A DNA stretch of 15,457 nt. Source: an uncultured archaeon (lineage in GTDB: Archaea > Iainarchaeota > Iainarchaeia > Iainarchaeales > JAAZKV01). The DNA lies in NCBI GenBank assembly GCA_964551375.1, contig CAZKBG010000002.1, forward strand, positions 1 to 15,457, in the 5' to 3' direction. Position 1 is the first letter of the stretch. Each line of letters opens with the position of its first letter. This document shows positions 6,304 through 13,553 of the stretch, one piece after another. Made by a program: the position numbers and the translations under genes. Below the pieces are notes generated by a model, which ran no database searches, was not told where the DNA came from, and saw nothing but the letters and a program-made list of their open reading frames with translations.

Positions 6304-9300
6304 ATGAAAATGAAGACTGCTTATTGGGTTGTTACAATATTTTTTATTTTAATTTCTTTATCGGTTGCATTTGCTTATAATTGTCCTGGTGGAGATGGAA
6401 GCAGTGACTTAAATATTTCCACAAACACTACTTGGGCTAGCGCGACTGATTATAATTGCAATAATGTTTTCATAACAAATGGCTCCATGTTGACTTTTAA
6501 CTCAAGAACTGCGGGCTCAAAAATAACTCTTTACGCAGCAAGTCTTACAATTGATGAAAACTCAAAAATATCTTCTGATGATTACGGCTCGTTAAACGGA
6601 GCTGGTTCTGGTGCGGGCGGAGCAGCATATGCTGGAGGGGGAGGAGCAGGATATGGTGGAGCTGGAGGCGCTGGTTCTGGGGCTGGAGGAGCCGCTTTTG
6701 GTGTAAGTGATATGAATCAGCCTACTTCTTTTGGTTCAGGGGGAGGAACAAGCACAAACTATAGCTCAAGAGGAGGATACGGCGGCGGAGCAATCAGACT
6801 AATAGTTAGCGGAACAATTACAAATAATGGAATTATTTCAAGCAACGGCGGAATGGGTGCTGGATCCGGAGGATATGTTGGCGGCTCGGGTTCCGGAGGA
6901 AGCGTTTGGATTGATGCAAATATATTAACAGGAATCGGGCGAATTGACGCAAACGGCGGACCAAGGGCAAGCGGTTCAGCAGGCGGAGGGGGAGGAGGAA
7001 GAATAGCAATTTATGTTCAAAACAACTCTTCACTTCCTGCAATAAATGTATTTGGAAGCAGCGGTTCTGGAAGCAACGGCTCAATATTCCTTTCAGCAAA
7101 CAATTCTGATTTTAATGTTCCAAGTCTAAATACAGGCGACTTGAATGTTTTTAGAGTAAAAAACTTTTACAGTTTAATAACTTCAGGAAGCAATTATAGA
7201 TTTGTTGTTGTAAATTTAAGCGGAGACTTTAACGGCTCTGTTTCTGCAGGGCTTCAATCTGACACAAATATTTCGGGAGCAAATATTTATCCTGACAACA
7301 TAACAAGCGGGAAAATAAAAATTGTTTCAACAAACCTCAATCTTGCAAGCGGGAAAAATATTTCAGCAAACGGACTCGGTAATTTGAATGCTGCGGGTGC
7401 CGGAGCTGGCGGAGCAGGATATTGGGGGGCTGGAGGAGCAGGATATGGAGGGGCAGGAAGCGGAGGCTCAAGCGGTGCTGGCGGGGCTTCATTTGGTTTA
7501 AGCGATATGAACCAGCCGACTGCGCTTGGCTCTGGTGGAGGAACAAGCACAAATTACACCACTCCTGGAGGTTATGGAGGGGGAGCTATTAGATTAATTA
7601 TAAACGGGACTCTTACAAATGAAGGAATAATTTCAAGCAATGGAACTCCTGGCTCTGGCTCAGGCAGCGCGGTTGGAGGAAGCGGTTCTGGAGGAAGTAT
7701 TTGGATTGATGCAAATGTTTTAACAGGAACTGGAAGAATTGACGCAAACGGCGGAATGGGAGTAACTAGCGCAGCAGGGGCAGGGGGAGGAGGGCGAATT
7801 GCAGTTTATGTTTTAAGAAATTCTTTTATTTCATCAATAAACACTATGGGGGGTTCTGGCAGCGGAACAGGAAGCCGAGGGTCTGTTTTTATTTCATCAT
7901 TAGGGTATGACTTCAACATTCCTAATGTATATGCTGGAGATGTAAATGTAACTGGAGTTCGCAATTTTTATAGCAGTATTTCATCGAGCGGAAACAGCAG
8001 GTTTGTTGTTTTTAATTTAATCGGAGATTTTAATGGCTCAATAACATCAGGCCTTCAATCAGATGTAAACATTACAGGAGTAAATATTAATCCAAGCACA
8101 ATTATTGGGGGAAGAATAAGAATCACCGCAACAAGCCTTACACTTTCAAGCGGAAATACAATTTCAGCTAATGCCCTTGGCTCAATAAATAGCGCAGGAA
8201 CTGGAGCTGGCGGAGCAGCATATAACGGGGGCGGGGGTGGAGGTTATGGTGGAGCTGGCGGAGCGGGCTCGGGAAGCACTGGCGGAATAGCTTATGGCTC
8301 AATGTCACAGCCAACTGATTTAGGCTCTGGCGGGGGATTAAGTACTAATTATGGTAATATTGGCGGATACGGCGGAGGAGCAATAAGAATTATTTTAAGC
8401 GGAGCTTTGGCAAATGATGGAATAATTTCAAGCAACGGCGGGACAGGAACAAGCAGTTCTTCTTATGCAGGCGGAAGCGGTTCTGGGGGAAGTATTTGGA
8501 TTGATGCGGGTTCTCTTTTAGGAACAGGGCGAATTGATGCAAATGGAGGAGTGCTCGCAACAGGCTGGTCTGGCGGAGGAGCTGGAGGAAGAATAGCGCT
8601 TTATGTAACCGGGGCATCAACAATGGGGGCAATTAATACAACCGCAAGCGGTTCAGGAAGCAACGGCACAGTATATATCTCATCAACAGGATCTGATTTT
8701 AATGTTCCAACAATAATAACAGGAGACACAAACTTTTTAGGAATCAGAAACTTTTTTGGGACAATAACCTCAAGCGGAAGCTCAAGGTTTAATCTAATAA
8801 CAATAAACGGGGATTTTAATGGTTCAATAACAGCAGGGCTTCAATCAGATGTTAATATCACAGGCGGGAACTTGTACCCTGACACTATTATTGGAGGAAA
8901 AGTAAAACTTGTTGCAACAAATATTAGTATCGCAAGCGGAAAATTAGTTTCAACAAATGCGCTTGGAAATGTTAATTCAGCAGGAGCTGGAGCTGGCGGA
9001 GCAGCATATAATGGCGGAGGGGGAGGGGGATACGGTGGAGCTGGCGGAGCGGGCTCCGGAAGCGCTGGCGGAGCAGTGTATGGCGCAAGCGATGCAAATC
9101 AGCCGACCGCACTTGGCTCTGGCGGTGGATTAAGCACAAATTATGGCAACATAGGGGGTTATGGTGGCGGGGCAATTAGAATAATTGCAAGCGGAACATT
9201 TTCTAATAATGGAATTATATCTTCAAACGGCGGACTTGGCACAAGTAATTCTTCTTATGCTGGAGGAAGCGGTTCTGGAGGAAGCATTTGGATAACAACA

Positions 9301-10092
9301 AATAAGTTTAACGGCGCAGGAAGAATTGATGCAAACGGCGCTCCAGGAATAACCGGCTGGGCAGGGTGCGGAGGAGGAGGAAGAATTGCAATCTGGTATG
9401 ATACAAATACATTTAGCGGAAATATTATTGCTTCAGCTGGATGCGGAGGAGGAGGCGCGGGGTCAAGGAACTGGGTTTATAGTTATGCGGGACCAAATTA
9501 CATTTTAAGCGGGAGTTTTACTTCAAAGAAAATTAATTTAGCTTATGGAAAAGATTTTAATGTTCTTAATTTTGATGTGAATTTGCCAAGCGGAACAAAT
9601 GTTTCGTTTAAGTTAAGGACTGCCTCAAACAGCAGTGATTTGGATAATTCTCCTTGGCTTGGTCCAAGCGGAACAACTGCAAGCGATGATAATTACTCAA
9701 CAAGTGGAACAGCAATTTCTGGAGTTCATGACGGTAATTCTTGGGTTCAGTGGAAAGCATTCTTATCAACTGCAAGCGCTACTTCAACTCCCATAGTTTT
9801 TGATGTTAATATTATGGTTAGAAATAAGGTTGATTCGAATGCGGTGTTTGTTTTGGAAAAGGGGGTTCAGTATAATTGGTTGAGTTTAGTGCCAACTCAA
9901 GCGCTTAATGGCGGGACAATTAATTGGTATTATTGTTTGACTCAAAATTGCGCGTCTTGGATATTGCTTGGGCCAAGCGGGGGTTCAATTGGCCAGACAA
10001 ATCAAAATCTTTATTTACTTGCAACAATGCACCCTGATGAAAATAACAATTCCCCACAAATAAGCGAAGTGCTTGTGCACTATTCAAAATAA
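6304..10092 (+). CDS. Very large secreted glycine-rich repeat surface protein / adhesin-like protein
   Basis: 1262-aa ORF with signal peptide (MKMKTAYWVVTIFFILISLSVAFA), four long repeats containing GAGGAGYGG, GGYGGGAIRLI, NGIISSNGG, GGSGSGGSIWIDAN, GRIDANGG and GGGGGRIAIY motifs, and a distinct non-repetitive C-terminal region. Confidence 0.9.
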   Translation: MKMKTAYWVVTIFFILISLSVAFAYNCPGGDGSSDLNISTNTTWASATDYNCNNVFITNGSMLTFNSRTAGSKITLYAASLTIDENSKISSDDYGSLNGAGSGAGGAAYAGGGGAGYGGAGGAGSGAGGAAFGVSDMNQPTSFGSGGGTSTNYSSRGGYGGGAIRLIVSGTITNNGIISSNGGMGAGSGGYVGGSGSGGSVWIDANILTGIGRIDANGGPRASGSAGGGGGGRIAIYVQNNSSLPAINVFGSSGSGSNGSIFLSANNSDFNVPSLNTGDLNVFRVKNFYSLITSGSNYRFVVVNLSGDFNGSVSAGLQSDTNISGANIYPDNITSGKIKIVSTNLNLASGKNISANGLGNLNAAGAGAGGAGYWGAGGAGYGGAGSGGSSGAGGASFGLSDMNQPTALGSGGGTSTNYTTPGGYGGGAIRLIINGTLTNEGIISSNGTPGSGSGSAVGGSGSGGSIWIDANVLTGTGRIDANGGMGVTSAAGAGGGGRIAVYVLRNSFISSINTMGGSGSGTGSRGSVFISSLGYDFNIPNVYAGDVNVTGVRNFYSSISSSGNSRFVVFNLIGDFNGSITSGLQSDVNITGVNINPSTIIGGRIRITATSLTLSSGNTISANALGSINSAGTGAGGAAYNGGGGGGYGGAGGAGSGSTGGIAYGSMSQPTDLGSGGGLSTNYGNIGGYGGGAIRIILSGALANDGIISSNGGTGTSSSSYAGGSGSGGSIWIDAGSLLGTGRIDANGGVLATGWSGGGAGGRIALYVTGASTMGAINTTASGSGSNGTVYISSTGSDFNVPTIITGDTNFLGIRNFFGTITSSGSSRFNLITINGDFNGSITAGLQSDVNITGGNLYPDTIIGGKVKLVATNISIASGKLVSTNALGNVNSAGAGAGGAAYNGGGGGGYGGAGGAGSGSAGGAVYGASDANQPTALGSGGGLSTNYGNIGGYGGGAIRIIASGTFSNNGIISSNGGLGTSNSSYAGGSGSGGSIWITTNKFNGAGRIDANGAPGITGWAGCGGGGRIAIWYDTNTFSGNIIASAGCGGGGAGSRNWVYSYAGPNYILSGSFTSKKINLAYGKDFNVLNFDVNLPSGTNVSFKLRTASNSSDLDNSPWLGPSGTTASDDNYSTSGTAISGVHDGNSWVQWKAFLSTASATSTPIVFDVNIMVRNKVDSNAVFVLEKGVQYNWLSLVPTQALNGGTINWYYCLTQNCASWILLGPSGGSIGQTNQNLYLLATMHPDENNNSPQISEVLVHYSK
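6541..7332 (+). repeat. Repeat unit 1 (264 aa) of the Gly-rich protein
   Basis: Starts SLTIDENSKISSDDYGSLNGAGSGAGGAAY; in-frame unit of 792 nt. Confidence 0.85.
7333..8133 (+). repeat. Repeat unit 2 (267 aa)
   Basis: Starts NLNLASGKNISANGLGNLNAAGAGAGGAGY; 801 nt. Confidence 0.85.
8134..8919 (+). repeat. Repeat unit 3 (262 aa)
   Basis: Starts SLTLSSGNTISANALGSINSAGTGAGGAAY; 786 nt. Confidence 0.85.
8920..9489 (+). repeat. Repeat unit 4, C-terminally truncated
   Basis: Starts NISIASGKLVSTNALGNVNSAGAGAGGAAY; similarity fades after CGGGGRIAIWYDTNTFSG...GGGGAG. Right boundary approximate. Confidence 0.75.
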
Positions 10093-10150
10093 ATTTAAAA
10101 ATTAATTATTAACTTACTAAGATAGAATTATTTAGGATAAATTTTTTAGT

Positions 10151-11728
10151 TTAAGTTCTTCTTGGCAACTCTTCAATAGCTCCATCAACTACTTTTAGTA
10201 TTCGTTGAGCGATTTTGTCAATGAAATATCTATCATGAGAAACAGCAACAATTGCTCCCTCGTAACTTAAAAACGCTTTTTCAATAATTTCACACGCATC
10301 AAGATCAAGATGGTTTGTAGGCTCGTCAAGGAGCAGAATATTTGGCTTTGTGAGAAGAACTTTCAATAAATTAAGCCTTGATTTTTCGCCAAAAGATAAA
10401 TTTGAAATTGATTTGCTAACTTCTTCATTAGTAATAAATCCAACCATTGACAAACTCTGTCTTGTTTTTGCCTTATCCTTAAGCATTGCAAAAATCTCAT
10501 CATAAAGAGTGGAATGCGCGGTTAAATCCTTTAATTCTTGATCAACATACCCTAATTTTCCCTGCTGGTCAAGAATTGCTTTTCCGCCAAGCGGAGGAAC
10601 TCTTCCCTCAATAGTTTTGAAAAGAGTGCTTTTGCCGATTCCATTCTCGCCGATTATTATAATTCTCTGCCCAACGCAAACGTTAAGATTAATATGTGAA
10701 ATCAGCGGCTTTTTGTAGCCAACTGTCAAGTCATTAAGCTCAAGAACCATGTGCGATTTTATCGGAGATGCCTCAAAAGGAGTTTCAAAATCCGACTGGT
10801 CAAGGTCAGGCTTTTCAATAACTTCTCTTTTCTCAAGAAGCTTAACCCTGTACTTCATCTGCTTAACTTTTTTCGGACTCGTTCCAATTCTTGCAATCTT
10901 GTCTTTTTGCTTCTCTAAATAATCCTGCTCATTTTCATACGCTGTCTGCTGCGCAGCAAAATTAGCTTCCCTGATTTTTAAATAAGTGGAGTAATTTCCG
11001 TTATACTTAGTCAATTTTCCGCTTTCTATTTTTATAATCGAGCTGCAAATCTGATTCAAGAAATATCTGTCGTGAGTAACCATGAGAACAGTTCCCTTGA
11101 AGGATTTTAAATAATCTTCAAGAATTTCAAGTCTCTTAAAATCCAAATGATTTGTTGGCTCATCAAGAAGCAAAAAATCCGCGTCTGAAGACAAAATCTG
11201 CGCAAGCGCAATTATTGCCCTCTGCCCTGTTGAAAGCGAGCCAACTTTTTTGTCAAGCCACTCATCAGTAACATCAAGAGTTTTTAAAACAGATTTAATT
11301 TTATTTGTGGGGGTAGTGTCATTGTGCTTCGCAAGCTCTGTTTGAAGCGCTACATACTTCTCAGTCAATTTATTCAATCTGTCATGATCTTCATAAACTT
11401 CAGGCAAAAGAAGGAGTTTTTCAATTTCCTGCATTTCCTTTTCAAATTTATTTTGATGATGAATTGTGGCTCTTTGAGCGATTACTTCCCATCCTGTTTT
11501 ATTCAAATCAATATCAATATTTTGGGAAAAATAAGCCGCTTTGCCGTTAAAATTAATGTGCCCGTGATAATCAACCATTCCCAAAATCGCTTTTAAGAGA
11601 GTAGTTTTTCCAACACCGTTTCTTCCAATAAGCCCAACTTTTGCGCCGTCCTCAATTCCAAAGCTTTCATCAAGGAGAATCTCCTGCTTTCCAATAGTAA
11701 TTCCAAGGTTCTTAACAGTCAGAGCCAT
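10151..11728 (-). CDS. ABC-F family ATPase (duplicated ABC domains, no transmembrane segments)
   Basis: Two Walker A (GRNGVGKTT, GENGIGKST), two signature motifs (LSTGQR, LSFGEKSR), two Walker B (LLLDEPTNHLD x2), Lys-rich inter-domain linker. ATG 11728 (MALTVKN) preferred over the TTG at 11734. Confidence 0.93.
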   Translation of the reverse strand: MALTVKNLGITIGKQEILLDESFGIEDGAKVGLIGRNGVGKTTLLKAILGMVDYHGHINFNGKAAYFSQNIDIDLNKTGWEVIAQRATIHHQNKFEKEMQEIEKLLLLPEVYEDHDRLNKLTEKYVALQTELAKHNDTTPTNKIKSVLKTLDVTDEWLDKKVGSLSTGQRAIIALAQILSSDADFLLLDEPTNHLDFKRLEILEDYLKSFKGTVLMVTHDRYFLNQICSSIIKIESGKLTKYNGNYSTYLKIREANFAAQQTAYENEQDYLEKQKDKIARIGTSPKKVKQMKYRVKLLEKREVIEKPDLDQSDFETPFEASPIKSHMVLELNDLTVGYKKPLISHINLNVCVGQRIIIIGENGIGKSTLFKTIEGRVPPLGGKAILDQQGKLGYVDQELKDLTAHSTLYDEIFAMLKDKAKTRQSLSMVGFITNEEVSKSISNLSFGEKSRLNLLKVLLTKPNILLLDEPTNHLDLDACEIIEKAFLSYEGAIVAVSHDRYFIDKIAQRILKVVDGAIEELPRRT

Positions 11729-11780
11729 ACACAATTAACAATTAGGCAAATTCTTAAATGATGCTAAAGAAAGGGGGTTT

Positions 11781-12266
11781 TTATAAAATATTGCAGGCTT
11801 TAGCCCCTTTTTTCTTCAAATACTTCTGATGATACTCTTCAGCAGGGTAAAATTCGCTTGCTTTTCTAAGCTCTGTGACAATTTTTCTTGACTGGTGAAT
11901 CTTTAACGCGCCGTACTTTTTAATAAAATCCTCCGCTGACTTTTTTTGCTCCTGATTGTGATAAAAAATAATTGACTTGTACTGAGTTCCAATATCAGGG
12001 CCCTGCCTGTCAAGCGAAGTGGGGTTATGCATTTTAAAAAATTTGTCAAGAAGCTTATCATAATCAATTATTTTTGGGTCGAACTCGAGCTGAACAACTT
12101 CAACATGCTCTGTTTCTCCAGTGCAGACTTCTTCATAAGTAGGATTTTTAGTATTTCCTCCTTCATAGCCAACTTTTGTTAAAACAACACCTTTTGTTTT
12201 CATAAACTCATCTTCAACATGCCAAAAGCACCCTGCTCCAAAAGTCGCTAATTGATTTTTGTTCAT
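11781..12266 (-). CDS. msrA: Peptide methionine sulfoxide reductase MsrA
   Basis: FGAGCFWHVED active-site motif, KVGYEGG, PTYEEVCTGETEHVEVV, FFKMHNPTSLDRQGPDIGTQYKSIIFY; SD-like GGTGA ahead of the ATG. Confidence 0.95.
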   Translation of the reverse strand: MNKNQLATFGAGCFWHVEDEFMKTKGVVLTKVGYEGGNTKNPTYEEVCTGETEHVEVVQLEFDPKIIDYDKLLDKFFKMHNPTSLDRQGPDIGTQYKSIIFYHNQEQKKSAEDFIKKYGALKIHQSRKIVTELRKASEFYPAEEYHQKYLKKKGAKACNIL

Positions 12267-12299
12267 AAATTCACCAAAAAATATTTAGATTATGTAATT

Positions 12300-12703
12300 C
12301 TACTTCAGCTCTTCTTTAAAATCAAGCGCGCAAGAGTTTAAACAGAAGCGCTTTTTTGTTTCTGTCGGGCCGTCATCAAAAACATGCCCTAAGTGAGAGC
12401 CGCATTTTGCGCAAATTATTTCAGTTCGAGTCATGAACAAGTCTTTGTCAGTTTTAAGCTTTAATGCCCTATCATTTATGGGGCGGTCAAAACTCGGCCA
12501 GCCCGTTCCTGACTCAAATTTGGCTTCTGAAGAGAATAATTTATTCCCGCACGCAGCGCAGCGATAAATGCCGTCCTTTTTATTAAATAATAATTTTCCA
12601 GTAAAAGGAAGCTCAGTGCCCTTCTTTCTAAGCACTTTATACTGCTCTTGGGTAAGGTATTAGCCCATTCTTCCTCATTTTTAGGCAGTTTTTTTGAGTT
12701 CAT
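12300..12703 (-). pseudogene. msrB: Peptide methionine sulfoxide reductase MsrB, apparently frameshifted near 12651-12652
   Basis: 12300-12635 encodes LRKKGTELPFTGKLL...YRCAACGNKLF...FESGTGWPSF...CAKCGSHLGHVFDDG...RFCLNSCALDF. The expected N-terminus (MNSKKLPKNEEEWANTL) lies in a different frame at 12703-12653, and the joining QEQYKVLRKKG is in the downstream frame. Could be a real mutation or a sequencing error; internal GTG start also possible. Confidence 0.75.
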
Positions 12704-12758
12704 AAGCGGAAATTGTGATTAGTAGTTAGTTTAAATTTAACTTTGAAATTAAGGCACT

Positions 12759-12767
12759 TATTTATAT
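12759..12767 (+). promoter_or_regulatory. Putative TATA box for the 12821 gene
   Basis: TATTTATAT ~60 nt upstream of the ATG; AAAGGTGA SD-like element at 12808-12815. Confidence 0.35.
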
Positions 12768-12820
12768 TACATGATTAGATTTGGATATATTAAAGGTTAG
12801 TTTTTTTAAAGGTGAACTAA

Positions 12821-13390
12821 ATGGACGCAGTATTAATCGGAGTTTCGGATAGGAGCCTTCTTTGGCGCGCTGGGCAAATCAAAGAAATTGATTATAAAAA
12901 ATTTGTAAATGATTATGCAAAATTCTTTGCGGAAAACTTTGAAAATGTGATTGTGACTCCTGACGACGGGGTGTATACTGACATTGCAATTGAATTTGGG
13001 AAATTAAAAGGAAAAAAACCAATTGCATACTATCCTGATAAAGACACTTATTATGGGACAAGCCATATTGAGAAAAATTATCCTAATTATGACTTGCGCA
13101 AAATTGACGGTGACTGGTATAAACTCAACGCAGACCTCACAAAGCAGGCTCTGTGCGTTGTATGCCTTGGAATTTCGCCAGGAGTTTTAATAGAAGCGTC
13201 ATACATCAAGTACCACCAATCATACGGCGCGTACAAAAATCCAAAACTAAAAAATATTCACTTATTTTTCGACAAAAGAACAGCAAAAAACGATTTGCCT
13301 CAAGGATTTGTTGAGCAGATAAAAAATTTTTATTATTTTGATAATGTTAATGAACTAAAAAAACTGATTGGAAAAATAAATTTATTTTAA
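12821..13390 (+). CDS. Hypothetical protein, possible Rossmann/SLOG-like nucleotide-binding fold
   Basis: 189-aa ORF with SD; MDAVLIGVSDRS start, ENVIVTPDDGVYTDIAIEFGKLKGKKPIAYYP and VVCLGISPGVLIEASY alternate in beta-alpha fashion. Family assignment tentative. Confidence 0.7.
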   Translation: MDAVLIGVSDRSLLWRAGQIKEIDYKKFVNDYAKFFAENFENVIVTPDDGVYTDIAIEFGKLKGKKPIAYYPDKDTYYGTSHIEKNYPNYDLRKIDGDWYKLNADLTKQALCVVCLGISPGVLIEASYIKYHQSYGAYKNPKLKNIHLFFDKRTAKNDLPQGFVEQIKNFYYFDNVNELKKLIGKINLF

Positions 13391-13423
13391 TTCTACTTTA
13401 TTTGTGAATAAATTTGAACATTG

Positions 13424-13447
13424 TGAACTGTGAATTTTCATAGTTCA
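13424..13447. repeat. Inverted repeat TGAACTGTGAA-TT-TTCATAGTTCA
   Basis: 11-bp arms complementary except one position that would be a G-U pair in RNA; TTGTGAA(13421)/TTCACAA(13451) forms a wider flanking inverted repeat. Confidence 0.7.
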
Positions 13448-13461
13448 TTTTTCACAATTCC

Positions 13462-13469
13462 TTTATATG
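13462..13469 (+). promoter_or_regulatory. Putative TATA box for the 13554 gene
   Basis: TTTATATG ~85-90 nt upstream of ATG 13554, implying a 5' UTR of roughly 60 nt. Confidence 0.4.
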
Positions 13470-13553
13470 CTTTTCGGTAGTAATCTATTCAGTTATTCGT
13501 TTTTTGGTGTTTAGCAAACACTAATTGATGGGCTGACATGAGAGGTAATCTTG

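Noticed and set aside
6833-9175. Antisense ORFs inside the Gly-rich gene (6833-7099, 7287-7550, 8390-8632, 8972-9175)
   Set aside because: Pro/Leu/His-rich translations are the expected complement of low-complexity Gly/Ala/Ser codons and recur because the coding strand is repetitive.
6541-9489. CRISPR-like or transposon-like repeat array
   Set aside because: Repeats are ~790 nt, in-frame, coding and continuous with no spacers or terminal inverted repeats; this is an internal protein repeat.
12476-12703. ORF listed as an independent 75-aa protein
   Set aside because: Only its first ~17 codons are meaningful, as the N-terminus of msrB; the rest is the out-of-frame reading of the msrB body.
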